Positions 27,816 through 43,576 of a stretch of 64,000 bases of DNA are shown piece after piece. This DNA comes from Chrysomallon squamiferum. Taxonomy: Eukaryota > Animalia > Mollusca. A program made the translations under genes and the position numbers. Within the stretch, counting starts at the first letter, position 1. Each line of letters opens with the position of its first letter. The notes below the pieces were generated by a model. It was not told where the DNA came from. It was given only the letters and a program-made list of their open reading frames with translations, and did no database searches. The stretch covers positions 7,378,001 through 7,442,000 of the forward strand of contig CM022677.1 in the NCBI GenBank assembly GCA_012295275.1. Direction: 5' to 3'.

Positions 27816-28985
27816 AGTTTATATAATATGAATAGTTATGACTTATGATCTAGTTGAAAGTAAAAACATGGTTTTACATTTACATAATGGTTTTATTGAT
27901 AAATCAAATGTTTACATAATGATTTATTGATAAATCCGGCTCTGGGCTGACTAGACTGAATTCGACTGCTTATATTAATGTTGAGAAAAATTGATATATT
28001 TGATTAGTTTTATTCAGCAAAAGCAGTTAAAATCTTTGTGAAAGCAGTTAAATGATACAAGTAAATTTGAAGACTGCAATTGGTACCAAAAACAAATAAA
28101 CACACCCCACCTTTCCACACAGGTACCTGCATTGTCACGAGAGTTAGTAGGAATTAGCCTCACTTTCACTTGTATTGTGATCAATATTTCCAAATTTTCG
28201 TTGTTTGTAAAACAATAAAAATAAAATCAATAGTTTTGAGCTTTTCAGCCAAATCTCAATCTAAAATAAACTATTTTCAATCGTTTTCTTAAAAACGATT
28301 GACCTTTCAAACCCAGCCATTGATCTAATTCCAAAAATATTTTTTACACACACTCACGCACAGTCATATACGGAGTCGGTTTTAAGCCAAGATATATGTA
28401 TATATATTTCATGATCATAATCAGTTTAATGTGAAAAAGTAGTACAATAATTCTTCTAGTACCTCAAACAGTTTGTTTTAAAAGACAACTCTAGCTGTTA
28501 TTTAAGAAGCTTTCCAAGACAATTTAGAAATGTAATAAATCTGTAATTATCCGCATTATTTTTAATCAACCTTAGAAAAAGAATGGGAAATAAAAAAAAT
28601 GATTGTTTTATGTATTTATGCATATATTTAGAATTAGAACGCATTTGGGGAGTGTGTGATTATTTTATTTTAAAAATAATCATTTTCTAATTTATTTATA
28701 AATATATTTCAAAATTGGAGAAAATCCTGTTTTACATTCTCCGCTGTTTTTTTTCTTAAACATTTATTCATATACAAAAACATTTTAAAATTGTATTACA
28801 GAAGCATTCGGGGTTGTACAGATATACACTTCTAGAACAAAACATTTATAAATATTTTTAAAACATTTTAAAACTGTTTACATTTGTATGCATCCTTTTT
28901 GTTTTATTGGGGTTTTATTATTTTTTTTATCTATAAATAAAGTGCAACCTCTCAAAATAGGTTTCTTATAAAAACAATATATATT

Positions 28986-29051
<66 letters not shown>

Positions 29052-29689
29052 GGTTTCACATACATACATCTCATCTATATTTATACAGACACATATACAG
29101 AACACACACACAAACACACACACACACACACACAATAATAATAATGTATCGTTTATTCATTAACAATTGTTTTGAGGCTGATGGAAAGATACCGCACTGG
29201 CTGCTACACCGTTTCTATTACAAACGATATTTATCTTTTTTTTTAGCCTTTTTTTTCCATTATTTATTTTTATTTATTTATTTACCACTTTCATTGACAA
29301 TTTCTGAAAAAAATTAGTTTATTTAGTTGTATTCTGTAATATTATTAAAACAGATTATAATAACAATGCTATTGTCACAGACAGCGAGCTCGTTGTATTA
29401 TTATTGCTATTATTTAAAATTGTCATTTACCTTTTTCTTTTAACCATATTTTGTTTTTCTGCGAAAACGATTTCTTCTGCTGTATCAACAGATACGAGTT
29501 CGTTGAATCCAGGGCTTTTTTCCTATTTTCGATCATATTTTATATACACAATAATGTATATCCCAAGTATAACAATATCTTGTTCTTTTTTTTTCCTATG
29601 AAAGATTTCGCATCGTTGAATGACGTTGTAGGTGATGCTCTGTTACAGTTGTCTCCCTTCACAAACGTTCTAATTCTTTAGTAATAAAA

Positions 29690-31000
29690 ATTATTTCTAA
29701 TTTTAATAACGCTTGTGAAACAAATATATACCTAATAAAAATTGTTTAATACACACCTCAAAATTCTGATGTATTTCAGATTAATAATATTATTTCTGGA
29801 AGTAAACAAAACGTCAATTCAAATTTGATAATTTTTAACTTTTATTAATTAAATTTGACAGACTTCAACTGACCGAATTTTAGCAGATTTTGGATCTGTC
29901 ATGAAAAAAGAAAAAGAAAAATATTGACATTTTTTCTGGATCACATGATGTGCCTCAATCAGAATGACAAGACTATTAAAGAATCCACTGTTATCTTTCA
30001 GTATGCCATTAAATATATTTTGTGGATCAAGGTAATAACATCTAACACTATTTAAACAGTGCTGACGTGCAAAAATATATCAGCCTAAAATTATCAGTGT
30101 AAACAGTGCATTGTCTTAACAAAAACACTACGTCATTTTTGCTGAGTAACACATTATTCTGACCTGATATAGTAAAAACAACACAAATTCCGTTGAGAAA
30201 TACCACATTAATATCACAGTTGCTAATGAAATGTCATTTTTATCTGGCTGCTATATTTAATTCCTGAATATTCACTGGACATCTCAACTAGAAATATTAA
30301 GATAGATATCACTTCATATATAATTAATTATTTGCTAATATTTCAAGTGTAAAATACATTTTAAATACATACCTGTCTAGAAAAAGACCTTATGAAAATA
30401 ACACTTGCAGTTTTAACGCCGCCATCACTATCTATATCAGATCTCACTAGTGTCTCAACAGAGGTGTGGCGTTAATATTAACACATCGTCGTTATGAAAA
30501 TAAGCAGCTTAATTACCTGTAAAATGAAAAAGGTGAGAATTATTACCTGTAAGAAGAAAAAGGTGAGAATTAATTGGTGGTTCAGCGGTGATATTTACAG
30601 TTTGTAGGTAAGTAAGTTGAGAAATATTAATCTGATATTTTATTAATATTGTACAGGTTACATTTAAACATTTCACGAAAGTTTGTACTAATTAGCTGAG
30701 AACAAACATGATTATCATGTTATTTTATTATGCGAAATTTAATTTTTTCATTACATTCATCAGCGCAAGTTGAATAGTGTAATATATTTTATATTCTGTA
30801 TTACACATTATAACCTCTCCACCAGTATATATAAATATATCAGTAGAGCAGAATACATATTTGTCACTCCTCTAATAGTCATCAGGTAAGTAACAACAAT
30901 ATCGTTTTTAATATATTTTTTTAATTTAATTTATTTTTCAGTAAAAACGGAAGATTCCTATATATGTTTGACGCCATTCTTTTGTTTCATTAGAACTTTT
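29690..31000. repeat. Diverged inverted-repeat arm A (partner 61255-62945)
   Basis: 30140-30345 is the reverse complement of 62460-62660; 30490-30800 of 61630-61950; 30940-30997 of 61260-61320; 29851-29871 of 62740-62760. Confidence 0.92.
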
Positions 31001-31521
31001 CTTGTTTTTCAGTGTACTGTGTTAATATTACCGCTTCACTATTATTATCAGTGTACTGAGTTCTATACCTAATAACATTAGCGAAGAAATCCTAATTTTC
31101 ATTGATAATTGTACACAGCATTTTAAAAATTAAATTTTAATGACTTGATTATAATTTTGAAATTAATATTTCGCATAAAGAATATACTGATATTTAGATG
31201 TGGAGCGGAGATATAAAACTTCTATCTTGCGTTAATAGCTCAAAATTATTATAAATATGACGTTAATGCCGTTTATAATAAAACATTTCCTTTTTCTGAG
31301 GCCTAGAACTGTTTTTGATCAGAGGACTGGTAAATTCATAACAAACAAACAAAAAAACAAAAACAAAAAAAAACCAAAAAACAAAACAAAAATTGCTTAA
31401 CATCAAGAAATACTGAGAGGTTTTCTTTTATTTGTTAATGATCATATTAGAATTTATAAAAAGAGAACGTGATATTGTCCTAATCTTTATCTATTTCTGG
31501 ATTTTATTATTATCATCATCA

Positions 31522-31610
<89 letters not shown>

Positions 31611-31949
31611 TTGTCATTTATTGTATCAGTTTTCTGAAAAATAAATGGATGTGTATTATTAAGACGTTATTTGATTAAGATGGAAATTTGTTTATTTAAT
31701 CATATGAAAATTATTTAATCATATTAAAATGAAATCCTCCTTTTATAAACTGTGAATGTGAAAAAATGACTCAATATTTTGTTACTGAAAAGTATGCAGC
31801 AAACTAACAGAAACACATTCCACATATCAGTTCATGTCTTTTGTTTATTGAGACTACTGAATCAAGATTAATAAAGCGTAATTTTTATATTACTGACTGT
31901 CACGCGGATTCCTCTAAGTTGTAAATGTGTATCTGTCTCGGGCAGATAA

Positions 31950-32152
31950 TAACGAGAACGTTACGACGGCAACGACGGCAACGACGGCGGCATTAGCACA
32001 GATAATAATAATAAATTTTAGTATAAATTGGACATGGAAAGAAAGCAACAATATTAACGAATAAAAAACCAAAAGGAAGAATGAAGTGTACTGGAATAAT
32101 GTTAGGAACAACGCCGGTACAACGGCAACGACGGCGACATTAACACACATAC
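31950..32152 (+). repeat. Dispersed repeat family with ~150-bp subunit (AACGTT..GAACAACGCCGG.ACGACGGCAA.GACGGCGACATTAA core)
   Basis: Same CpG-rich core at 39645-39720 (+), 51790-52185 (-) and 63604-63946 (+). Confidence 0.85.
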
Positions 32153-32607
32153 ACACACACATATTTAAAGTTTATATCTGATGTGATTTCATATCATTAA
32201 ATTTATTATTTTAAATTTTGTTGCTGTTTTATTGTGTCATAGCTTTTTAAACTTATTTATTTTTCTGTTATTGTTATTATCAGTGTTACTTTTTCTTTAT
32301 CTATATTATTGTTGTTGTTGTTGTTGTTTGTTGTAGGCGGTGTTGTTAGGTACTCAAAAGTAATTTTAACTACAGTTAACTATAAGTTTAAATCTTTTTA
32401 TCCTGATTTCAGAAACATAATATTTAAAATTGTGAGTCAAATTGTTCGAAAGTTATGGATTTTTTAAAATAAAACAAAAATAAACACACACACACACACA
32501 CAGAATTATTAACAAAATAAATTAGTCTGAGTTTGACCAACTACTCGGAGCGAGTTGTTACACTTTTAACAATTACTAATTGTTAGTAACTTTCCCCACC
32601 TTACAAA

Positions 32608-32730
32608 CGTTATACAGTGTTATACAGCGTTATACAGCGTTATACAGTGTTATACAGCGTTATACAGCGTTATACAGTGTTATACAGCGTTACACAGTGT
32701 TACACAGTGTTATACAGTGTTATACAGTGT
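32608..32730. repeat. 10-bp minisatellite (TTATACAG[C/T]G)n; further copies at 40105-40163 and 40270-40508
   Basis: Direct reading. Explains the YSVIQRYTAL ORFs. Confidence 0.95.
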
Positions 32731-34278
32731 TCCTTACTGTTTATTCGATAGCGAATGGGGAGACGAGATCTTTCTCATTTCACTAACAACAGTACATTAT
32801 TTTTTTATAACAAATAATTATTCAGCTATTTCTAGCAGAAATTAAACCGCTAGTTAACAGAGTCAATTCAGAAATTATAGCTCGACAACTCATTTATCAT
32901 TATTATTACTATGACTGTTGCTGTTGTTGTTACGAGAGGCTGAGAAATACAGTTAAGGTTATAACCGTCTCATTGTTTTAAAGTGTGTATACAACAACAG
33001 CAACAATAAAATTATTTGTACTTGCAAGTTATCTATATTATTGTTGTTGTTGTTGTTTGTTGTTGGCGGTGTTGTTAGGTACTGAAATAAAGGTTGACTA
33101 CAGTTAACTATAACTGTAGATCTTTTTATCCTGATTTCAGAAACATAATATTATTATTTTTTTTTTTTTCGGATATATATTATTTCATTATGAATTAAGA
33201 ATTCATTACAAACAGTAGAATGATCAAATTAATTTATTAATTAATTAAAGATTTAAAAAAAAAAAAAGAAAAAAAAGCGACCCCCAGAAAAAAGGATGTC
33301 AATATTACATGTGTCCGATTGGTCCTGTGGTGTAACACTGTCTATATTACATGTAACAGACTGATGTCAGATGATGTATCGTTATCCATGTTACATATAA
33401 CAGACTGGCTTGTAACAAACAAGAAGAAGGAAAAGATCACGTTCAGAAAACAGTGACAAAGAAATGAAACAACTGGAGTGTGTACTTGATCGACTGGAGA
33501 ACGTTATCTCTTGTTGACAGAATGATTATACTGGAAATACTGATGGAAGTGAAATGAGTAAAGATAAATTCATTGACTGATCTGGCTTGAGAACACATTT
33601 TTATATAAACAAAGGGCCATAACTCTGAAAAGCTTATAATTATTATGACTAAAAATAGTTGAGATTCAGTATTAATTAATGGAAACTTCAGTTTTAATTA
33701 TTTTACTGCTTATAAAAAATGTTAAATACATTATAAAACATGTTGAAAGTTAAATATTACGGAAACAAAATAAAGTTATTTTGGTAAATTTTTCACTGTG
33801 GGTTAAAGTTAGGTGATTTAATATACATTTATCAAAATATGTTTTCTTTAGTTTATTTGGAAACACTGTTACGTGATAGGAAATGATTTGGTTAGATTTA
33901 TTTCAAAACATCCTTAATTTTATCACATTTTAATGTTACGAGTAAGGTTTATGCCCAGGGTTAGCTTAAATAGCTGAACAAGCTGCAAGACCTGGAAAAT
34001 CATATGAGGAGTTTCAGAAGTATGGTTAGCATTTTGGTTAGGTTTTGGTTAGGTTTAGGTTAGTCCAAATTTGTGCAGATTTAAATGTCAGTTAACCTGA
34101 AGCGTGTCTTCATTCAGCACAAACTGACAATTTATAGATTTTTGGTAAAAGTAAATTAGTTCTGAAAAAGAACGTCGTTTTAAGGAAAACCTTCGAAACT
34201 TTTTTTTTTAATGTTTTATTTTATATGTAAATATATATTTGTTAAATTGGCTTTTAAAAAAAACAAACAAACAAATAA

Positions 34279-34321
<43 letters not shown>

Positions 34322-34449
34322 ATTAAAAGAAAAACAGGCAATACGTGTGTTGTAATATGATTTGTTAAGCTGTATCTGGTGAAATAATATCGCGTTCTGA
34401 AACTAATATCTTTCTACCTGCTAATAAAAGTCAACTATAAATACTACTG

Positions 34450-34698
34450 CTACGTACAAACAACAAAACATAGTAACTGATATCTCAAAAATGTGAATAG
34501 ATACTAAACTGCATCCTCACTGGGGATCTGTAAACTCGTCTTTTAAATCCCGGTGTTACAAAGCATATTTCGTCTTTTCTTCTCTATGCACGCTCGAGTT
34601 AGTTGGAGCAAGGGACTGATTCACAATAATCACAGAGGAGGGGCACAGGGCCGGTACTGAGGCTTCAGTGTTTATAGGATGTGGAATAAAACCATATA
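34450..34698 (+). repeat. ~250-bp conserved multi-copy element (copies at 34450, 35998, 42101, 43647; diverged copy ~45320-45520)
   Basis: CTACGTACAAACAACAA...GGAGCAAGGGACTGATTCACAATAATCACAGAGGAGGGG.ACAGGGCCGGTACTGAG in four copies. The fifth copy retains CAAGGGACTGATTCACA and AGAGGAGGG..ACAGGGCCAGTA. Confidence 0.95.
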
Positions 34699-34727
34699 TT
34701 TTTGTTTCATTTTGATTTGTTTTGTTT

Positions 34728-34758
<31 letters not shown>

Positions 34759-35109
34759 TTTTTTTTTTATTTATTTATTTATTTATTTATTTTTTTTTTT
34801 TTTTTTTTTTTTATTTCAGTTTTCTATCAGTTCGTAACCTATAAGTAGAGAAATATGATGCTAAAAATAAATATTGTGACGTCCGGTTTCTCAAATAGAT
34901 TACAATACAAATCACTTTCAGACACACACACCACAGACGCATACACACGTACATACAATTTCGATATATACATACTGTCTCACTGATACGTGAAAACAAC
35001 AAAACATATGCAAAGGAGACATAGTAATGAATAAGTAAATATAAACATAAACAAATAAATAATGAATACAGAAGTTAGGGCAATACTACTATTACTACTA
35101 CTTCTACTG

Positions 35110-35142
<33 letters not shown>

Positions 35143-36469
35143 ATAATAATAATACTAGTGGTAGCAGTAGAATTAGTAGTACTAGTATAATTGAATATTA
35201 CTTTTGTTTGCACTACTACTATTATTAATATTACTAGTGTTACTAATTATACTACTACTGTTACTATTACTGCCACTACTACTACTAATAAAACTCAGCT
35301 ATAACTACTACTGCTAATATTTGTATTAGTTATTACTATTACTTCAACGACAACTACTTCTATTACTAGCTACGACAATTACTACTACTACTAAGAATAA
35401 TTGTAATTAATCAGTGTGAACAGTATGCCAGTAATACATTTCATAAGGAACAGTACATATAAATAATCAAAATCGAATAAAATGTGAATGCAGTTAAATA
35501 AAATAACAAAATAACGATTTTCAGTGTGAATATATATATATATATATATATAATAATCAGTTACAGTTTTTGTGGAACAGTCATAAGGAAGCTATATATT
35601 TCATAAATAAACCAAATTAAATAAAAATGAGCAAACGAACGAACAAAATGACGACTGAACTAATGAGGGAACCAGAGAAAGAGAAAAACTAAAATAAAAA
35701 AATACTGAAAATAAACATGAAAAGGGAAACAAAACTAACACTGTCACAACACAACTGAAGGCGTTATTATCATTGATGTTGTTTTTGTGTCATTGCAGTT
35801 ACCGTTATTATTTCTTTATTGTTGTTATTACTTTTACTTTTATTATTATTATTATTGTTGTTGTTGTTGTGGTTGTTGTTATTAATCCTATTTTTGTTGT
35901 TGTTATTATTATTATTATTATTATTACTGTATGACGCACTGTTTAAAATGTTCTATTCACAGATATGAAGGATGATCTTTAACCCTCTCTCTCATTACTA
36001 CGTACAAACAACAAAATTTAGTAACTGATATCTGAAAAACGTGACTAGATACTAAACTGCATCCTCACTGAGGATCTGTAAACTCGTCTTTTAAAGCCCA
36101 GTGTTACAAATCATATTTCATCTTTTCTTCTCTATGCACGCTCGAGTTGGTTGGAGCAAGGGACTGATTCACAATAATCACAGAGGAGGGGAACAGGGCC
36201 GGTACTGAGAGTTCAGTATGTTTAAGATGAGGTTCAAAACCATATATTTTTGTTTTATTTTATTGAGAAAAACAGTTGCACACACAGACACATAGACAGA
36301 GATCCAACAGCAACACTGAAAACATTATAATGTTAAATGGTTTGACCATTTACTTGTTATTTAATGCTATTTATTTAAATAATATTGCAAATGTTTTTGT
36401 TTGTTTAATTAGAATAAAAATATATTCATTGGTGTGCAGTGGTTCGTTTTTGTCTCCGCTTTCGTAGAG

Positions 36470-36608
<139 letters not shown>

Positions 36609-37333
36609 CTGCATCAACTAAGTTCCTGTGTTTGCAGTTTAAAAAAGTAATTATGAATAATGGATGACTGACTAACACTACTTATTTTGTGACAAATGTT
36701 CTGTAATGATTAGAATGTAGCTTACAGGCGCCCTGCACGTTACACACGTATCAGTAACAGTAAGAATGTCTTTATGTTTTCCACTGTGTGGATACAAAGA
36801 AACACAATAATAGTTATCTGATTCACATGTCGTGAGACAGTGACTGGATCTTATCGACACTCAGGTTAAATAAGATGACTAAAATTCAGCAATTTTTGTT
36901 TACAGTTTTGTGGAGTAGAATTTGTTGTTCTGAATAGGTGAGATAAAATACGAGTAAATCTCCAACCCAAACATTTTAGATTTTATTATTATTATTATTA
37001 TTAGTAGCAGTAGTAGTACTAGTATAACTACTACTACTACAATTGCTGCTATGATTATTATTACTATTATAAGTATTATTAAAGTATTATTATTATTGAT
37101 ATTTGAAACAATGAAAGTTTGACTTTGTACTGTATCGTTTAAAAACATCACTATATGAACGAGCTAACTGAAAGGCTATGAAAACCAGCGAAGTGATAAC
37201 TTGTATTATTCATATTGGTCTGTAGGACGTTTTTATGCTCATGTTTTTCAAATAATCTGGTTCAACAAAACATTCATTCACAATATCAACAAGATGACAA
37301 AAGTGTGACGGTTTTATTCAGACACACTATTCT

Positions 37334-37378
<45 letters not shown>

Positions 37379-37984
37379 GAATTAAAAATAACACCTTTAT
37401 AACAAATACGTAAGGTAAACTGCAAATTAAAATACGTAGTAACACCGCTGACGTAATATTCAATTCCCTATTTCCAAAACTTTGAGAATTGCTCTCTGAT
37501 TCAAACAGAAATATACTTGCTTGGTTTAGCTAAATAATAAAATATACAACATTATAATTTCATGAATTTAATTGCTTCTTTCTTTCTTTCTGTCTTTATT
37601 TATTTATCTTAAATAGAACGAAATAAAATTTATATAATAAAGGAATATATATTACTATTATTTTATTACATTGTGTATACCTGACTAAAATCATATATTT
37701 ACCTTATATCATGTTTTCATTATTATAGTTTATTTATATATCTTACGAAAAACCTGATACTATTCAAATTTAAACAAGAATTTAATTTTGGCGGCTAAAT
37801 GTATTATTTTTCTCCGACCTTCTACAAACCAGTTGCTGTGTTTATTATTACCGCACGTGTGATAGACTGTAACACGCGTTTTACAAATTAATGAACTGCT
37901 CTAACTATGTTAAGGTGTTGTTACTTTCACTGCTGTTTACTTTACCACAACCATTTAAAACATTCACGATTATTTTTATCTCAG

Positions 37985-38160
37985 AAGAAACAAAAGTGTT
38001 CTAGAAAATTTCAAGGCTTCCACCCCTTTATTGAAATTGGTATATTCCACTCACCCAGTGTCGTCTGTCAAAACCGGCTTGTTCGCCAGCAAACTGACAT
38101 TTCAGACGAATAGAAGAGAACTGTTTGCAGGTGTTAAAATTTTCATTTCTTAAGACAAAG
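37985..38160 (+). other. Candidate non-coding leader exon, upstream duplicate copy (donor AAG|GTAAGA at 38160/38161)
   Basis: Strong donor after a locally CpG-richer stretch. Duplicate of 47258-47433. 5' boundary uncertain. Confidence 0.5.
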
Positions 38161-38168
38161 GTAAGAAG

Positions 38169-38247
<79 letters not shown>

Positions 38248-38684
38248 TTTTGTTGTTCTTGTTATTTCGTTAGTGTAAGATATTATAAAATAAAAAGTAA
38301 TCTAGGTTATTTTCATAATAAAATTTCTGTACAAAATTGTTTTGTGTTAGAGTGGAGGGTGTGGCTCATTGGTCAGAGAAAAGTAGTGTCTGGCGATGTG
38401 TTGTCGCATTTATCTTTCTCGATTACTTTATCAGTGAATGAAGCCATTTAACTGCAGATTAAAAATGTGTTGAGTTCGACGTTAATAAAATAATGTTCAG
38501 CAGCAATCAGAAATTTATTCGTTTACTATGAAATGTTTCGTTCTTATTACACTGTGAATGTCACGATTCTTTCATTGTCCACATTCGAGTTTTACCATGA
38601 AAATGAGTGAACTTGGTTACGTAGCATAGGCCGAAATAGTGATGCGAAATTACCTTGCAGCATTCATGGACACGTCACAAATGT

Positions 38685-38719
<35 letters not shown>

Positions 38720-39157
38720 TTTCATGCTTTGTTTCATATAACGTATTACAGTAGAACTGTCGTTTTCCTTCTCAAACTTACGTCACAAGGTTAAATTTAG
38801 CACGTTTGTAATTCACTTTAATAGTTTTTTATTTTTTTTACAAACAAAATAAATTTAATAAATGAATCAATAAATGAGTACTTTAAATAGCATATTTATA
38901 ATTTTATAATTAAATTCGCACGTTTATTTATTTATTTTATCTTTTCATTTATTTATTTATTTGTATATTCCGTTGGCCCTTTGAAGTAAACGGAATTGAT
39001 ATTTTATTTTTATTTTGTGTGTGAATTTTTTCTTTACTTTTGTTTGTTTGTTGTTTTGATTCAAAAATCTTTTGATTTTGACCTCCAGTCAGTTCTTTTC
39101 AACTGCTATTCTTGTCTCTTATTGCTATTTATTCATTTATTTATTTAATTATTTATT

Positions 39158-39214
<57 letters not shown>

Positions 39215-42200
39215 TTGTTTATTTATTTATTTATTTTTTGTTATAATATTTAATCATATCAAAATATACTTTTTTATATAAAAATGCATTTGTTTTATTT
39301 TCTAAAATCTTCAGAATATGAAATATGTATTATAATTTTCTTCAAGTGTAAATACATACATTTAATTCTCTCTGTGTGAAAATGTAAAATTATACAATTT
39401 AGAATTTTCTGAATATGAATGTGTGAATAAAATGCCTTTTGTAAACTGTGAATGAAAAAAAAATGACTCAATATTTTTTACTGAAATGTACGCAGCAAAC
39501 TAATAGAAACACATTCTATGTATCAGTTCATGTCTTTTGTTTATTGAGACTACTGAATCAAGATTAATAAAGCGTAATTTTTATATTACTGACTGTCACG
39601 CGGATTCCTCTAAGTTGTAAATGTGTATCTGTCTCGGGCAGATAATAACGAGAACGTTACAATGGCAACGACGGCGGCATTAGCAGCGATAATAATAATA
39701 TATTTTAGTATAAATTGGAAAGAAAACAAAAGTGTTAGCGAAAAAATATCGTTGTTGGCGGTGTTGTTAGGTACTCAAAAGTAATTTTCAGTTTAGGATA
39801 TAAAGGTTTACTACAGTTAACTATAACTGTACATCTTTTTATCCTGATTTCAGAAACAAAATATTTAAAATTGTTAGTCAAATTGTTCAAAAGTTATGGA
39901 TTTTTTTAATATAAAATAAAAAAATATCTTTTTTATCCTGAAAAACAAAATATTTAACACTCAAACAGATATACAAACATAAACACACACAGAATTATTA
40001 ACAAAATAAAAAAAATTAGTCTGAGTTTGACCAACTACTCGGAGAGAGTTGTTACACTGTTAACAATTACTAATTGTTAGTAACTTTCCCCACCTTACAA
40101 ACGTTATACAGTGTTATACAGAGTTATACAGTGTTATACTGTGTTGCACAGTGTTATACAGTGTTCCTTACTGTTTATTCGATACCGAATGGGGAGACGA
40201 GATCTTTATACATTGTTAACAACAGTTATACAATTTTTTTTTATAACAAATAATTATTCAGTTATTTGTTATACAAACGTTATAAAGCGTTAGTTACAGC
40301 GTTATACAGTGTTATACAAACGTTATAAGCTCGACCAAGTGTTTACAGCGTTATACTATGACCGTCGCTGTTGTTATACAGCGAGAATACAAACGTTATA
40401 CAGCGTTATACAAACGTTATACAGCGTTATACAGTGTTATACAGTGTTATACAGCGTTATACAGTGTTATACAGCGTTATACAGCGTTATACAGTGTTAT
40501 ACAGTGTTCATTACTGTTTATTCGATACCGAATGGGGAGACGAGATCTTTCTCATTTCACTAACAACATACGATATTTTTTTTTAACAAATAATTATTCA
40601 GCTATTTCTAATACAGCAGAAATTAAACCGTTAGTTAACTGAGTCAAACCTGAAAGCTCCAATTCAGAAATTATTGCTCGACCAACTCATTTATCATTAT
40701 TATTACTATGACCATCACTGTTGTTGTATATATTGGGTATATATTATTTCGTTATGAATTAAGAGTTAGTTACGAACGGTAGAATGATAAAATTAATTAA
40801 TTAATTAATTAATGATTTAAAAAAAACAAAAACAAAAACATGACAGACATTTCCTAACAGATAAAAACAAAGAAAAAGAATAAGAAGAACAACAACAACA
40901 ACAATAATAAATATATAATATTAACAATAAAACAAAATTTACGTAATAATTGTGACACTTCAGTTCACAACTGGATTGGTGTGAAAAACATGTACTCTTC
41001 AAAAAAAGTAGGGAACTCTAATAAGAAACTACAATTGCTAAAATTATTACCTGCGGGGAATGGTTATGTGATAATAGCGAATTTTATTTATTCTTGCTTC
41101 GAATTCAAGTTGAAAAACGCTAAAACATACCCTCGCTCAAGAACGATCTCGCGACCCCCAGAAAAACGGCTGTCTATATTACATGTGTCCGATTGGTCCT
41201 GTGATGTAACACTGTCTATATTATACTGGAATTAATGATGGAAATGAAATGAGTAAAGATGAATTCATTGACTGATCTGGCTTGAGAAGACATTTTTATA
41301 TAAACGAACGACCATAACTCTGAAAAGCTTATAATTATTATGTCTAAAAATAGTTGAGATTCAGTATTAATGACACAAATGAAGTCCAGTTTTAAAATGT
41401 TTTCTGCTTATACAAAATGCTAAATGCATTATAAAACATGTTGAAAGTTAAACATTGTGAGAGAAAAAATATATATTTTAATAAATCTTTCACTATGGGT
41501 TAAAGTTAGGTGATTTAAATACACATTTATCAAAATGTTTTTTCTTTAGTTTATTTGGAAACATTGTTAAGGTTAGGTGAGTGATTTGGTTAGATTTATT
41601 TCAAAACATCCTTAATTTTATCACACTGTTACGAGTAAGGTTTATGCCCAGGGTTAGCTTAAATAGCTGAAAAAGCTGCAAGACCTGGAAAATCATATGA
41701 GGAGTTTCAGAAATATGGTTAGCATTTTGGTTAGGTTTTGGTTAGGTTTAGGTTAGTCCAACTTTTGTGCAGATTTAAATGTCAGTTAACCTGAAGCGTG
41801 TCTTCATTCAGCACAAACTGACAATTTATAGCTTTTTGGTAAAAGTAAATCAGTTCTGAAAGAGAACGTCGTTTTAACGAAAACCTTCGAAATATATATA
41901 TTTTTTTAATGTTTTGTTTTATATGTAAATATATATTTGTTAAATTGGCTTTTAAACAAACAAACAAACAAATAATAAATAAATAAATTAAAAGAAAAAC
42001 AGACAATATGATTTGTGAAGCTGTATCAGGTGAAATAATATCGCGTTCTGAAACTAATATCTTTCTATCTACTAATAAAAGTCAACTATAAATACTACTG
42101 CTACGTACAAACAACAACACATAGTAACTGATATCTCAAAAACGTGATTAGCTACTAAACTGGATACCTCAGTGATATCTGTAAACTCGTCTTTTAAAGC

Positions 42201-43540
42201 CCAAAGTTACAAAGCATGTTTCGTCTTTTCTTGATGGAGCAAGGGACTGATTCACAATAATCACAGAGGAGGGGAACAGGGCCGGTACTGAGAGTTCAGT
42301 GTTTTTAGGATGAGGAATAAAACCATATATTATTGTTTCATTTTGATTTTGTTTTTTTTTTGTTTTTTTTTATATTTTCAATATGATTTCAGTTTTTTAT
42401 CACTTCGTAACCTATAAGTAGAGATAAAAATAAATATTGTGACGTCCGGTTTCTAAAAGAGATTACAATACAAATCACTTTCACACACACACACGCACAC
42501 ACAACATACGCATACACACGTACATACATCTTCGATATATATATATCCTGTCTCAGTGATACGTGCAAACAACGAAAAATATGTAAAGGAAGACATAGTA
42601 ATGAATAAATAAATACAAACATAAATAAAAAAATAATAATGAATACAGAAGTAAGGACAATACTAATATTACTACTACTACTACTAATAATAATAATAGT
42701 GGTAGAGTAGAATTACTATAATTGTATTACTTTTGTTTACTACTATTATTATTATTACTAGTGTTACAAGTTATACTACTACTGTTACTATTACTGCCAC
42801 TACTACTACTAATAATAATATAACTCAGCTATAAATACTACTGCTAATATTTGTATTAGTTATTACTACTACTCCAACGACAACTACTTCTATTACTAGC
42901 TACGACAATTACTACTACTACTAAGAATGATTGTAATTAATCAGTGTGAACAGTATGCCAGTAATACATTTCATAAGGAACAGTACATATAAATAATCAA
43001 AATAAAATAAAATGTGAATGCAGTTAAATAACATAACAAAATAACGATTTTCAGTATATATATATATATTTTAAGGGAAAATACCAACGTAATAAATAAA
43101 ATAAAGTAAAGTCATATTACCTAGAACATCCAGGAAATTTAAATTCCAGGATCATTTAATAAACGATGTATGGGCCTGACTACTGCAGCTGCAACTACAA
43201 CCAAAAATAATAATCAGTCACAGTTTTTGTGGAACTGTCATAAAGAAGCTATATATTTCATAAATAAATCAAACTAAATAAAAATGAGCAAACGAACGAA
43301 CAAAATAACGAGGGAACCAAAGAAAGTGAAAAACTAAAATAAAAAAATACTCAAAATAAACATGAAAAGGGGAACAAAACTAACAGTGTCACAACACAGC
43401 TGAAGGCGTTGTTATCATTGATGTTGTTTTTCTGTCGTTTCTGTTACTGTTCAAACAGTTATCGTTATTATTTATTATTGTTGTTGTTATTATTACTATT
43501 ACTTTTATTATTATAATTATTATTATTGTTGTTGTTGTGG

Positions 43541-43576
<36 letters not shown>

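Noticed and set aside
34030-34063. TTAGG-like repeats (also 41717-41756) as interstitial telomere
   Set aside because: Only a few imperfect units, inside the segmental duplication.
40111-40642. YSVIQRYTAL repeat ORFs (also 32580-32786)
   Set aside because: 10-bp minisatellite translations.
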